From Mobula hypostoma (lineage: Eukaryota): DNA of 64,000 nt. The stretch spans positions 53,074,001 through 53,138,000 of the forward strand of contig NC_086097.1 of the NCBI RefSeq assembly GCF_963921235.1. Direction: 5' to 3'. The translations under genes and the position numbers were made by a program. Shown piece by piece: positions 63,367-64,000 of this stretch. How positions within the stretch are numbered: position 1 is the stretch's first letter; every line of letters starts with the position of its first letter. The notes beneath the pieces were generated by a model. It was not told the origin of the DNA and did no database searches. It worked only from the letters and a program-made list of their open reading frames with translations.

Positions 63367-64000
63367 GATTCAATGTGTGTACAATAAAGTTAAGATTGGT
63401 TCAATTAATACTTTCACTGATATGTTGAACTCTGTGCTTAGAAATGAAGAATTTGATAAACTGTCAATTCTTGTTGACATCATTGGAACATTTCAAGCTT
63501 CTAGTGCTGACTGAAAATGTAGATTCTGTCTTATGAATTCAATCAAATGTAAATCCAGGAGCAGAGTCGAAGTAGAACCTTTCGATGATCCAAGGAGGAT
63601 TAAGACGTATCTTTCATTTGGATGTAAAATTAATCAGGACAGTGTTTAAATGGATTTATGATAAAGACAGATGAGGGAAAACTTGCGAAACATGAAAGAT
63701 TTTCTTTGTTGTGCTGTATTTCTTTATACCCTTCAATTAATAAATAAGATCAAAAGTGTGTGATCTTTCAATTTTCATTCTAATTATTCATAGTATGCAT
63801 ATTCCCCAAAAAATATATTAAAGTGCCGCATAGTTTTCAGGCTGTGTAAAAATTTCCGGCTTGGGGCAATGGTTAGTCCACGCAGCTGTGGAAAAAATTA
63901 GAGGGAATGTTGGGGGAGGCCTCGCTTGCCTCAATGTGTTCAGGAAGTGGAGATGCTGCTGTGCTTTCTTGACTTAGGAGGTGGGGCTGAAGGATCAAGT

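Noticed and set aside
33000..64000. FERMT2 3' exons expected from synteny
   Set aside because: No kindlin-like peptide or credible exon was found by eye or in the ORF track. The gene probably lies beyond the window.

Overview
This is AT-rich, repeat-dense vertebrate genomic DNA. The repeat landscape suggests a cartilaginous fish such as a ray (inference). There are two host genes in convergent orientation. The first is the last coding exon and 3' UTR of STYX on + (1219-1292). The second is a complete GNPNAT1 gene on -, with five coding exons of 154, 63, 128, 62 and 148 nt (555 nt, 184 aa), all with GT-AG boundaries. Its non-coding first exon and CpG-island promoter lie at about 32.0-32.9 kb and carry a perfect UPRE (TGACGTGG). 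Introns and the roughly 31 kb upstream region are filled with nested transposable elements: CR1 and Rex1/Babar LINEs, RTE remnants, Penelope-like elements (PLEs), a Tc1 IR/DR transposon, hAT elements and MITEs, SINEs, a probable solo LTR and a 23/28-bp minisatellite. The most notable unannotated signal is a minimal hammerhead-ribozyme motif (AGUC-CUGAUGA-stem II-GAAA-(C/U)GUC-GACU) present in at least 12 copies inside PLE terminal repeats. Several copies lie sense to the GNPNAT1 pre-mRNA, and several form inverted pairs in palindromic PLE insertions, at least one of which is bounded by a target-site duplication. PLE hammerheads are a known class, and I cannot claim a wholly new system from sequence alone. 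All family assignments come from motif recognition; no database searches were run.
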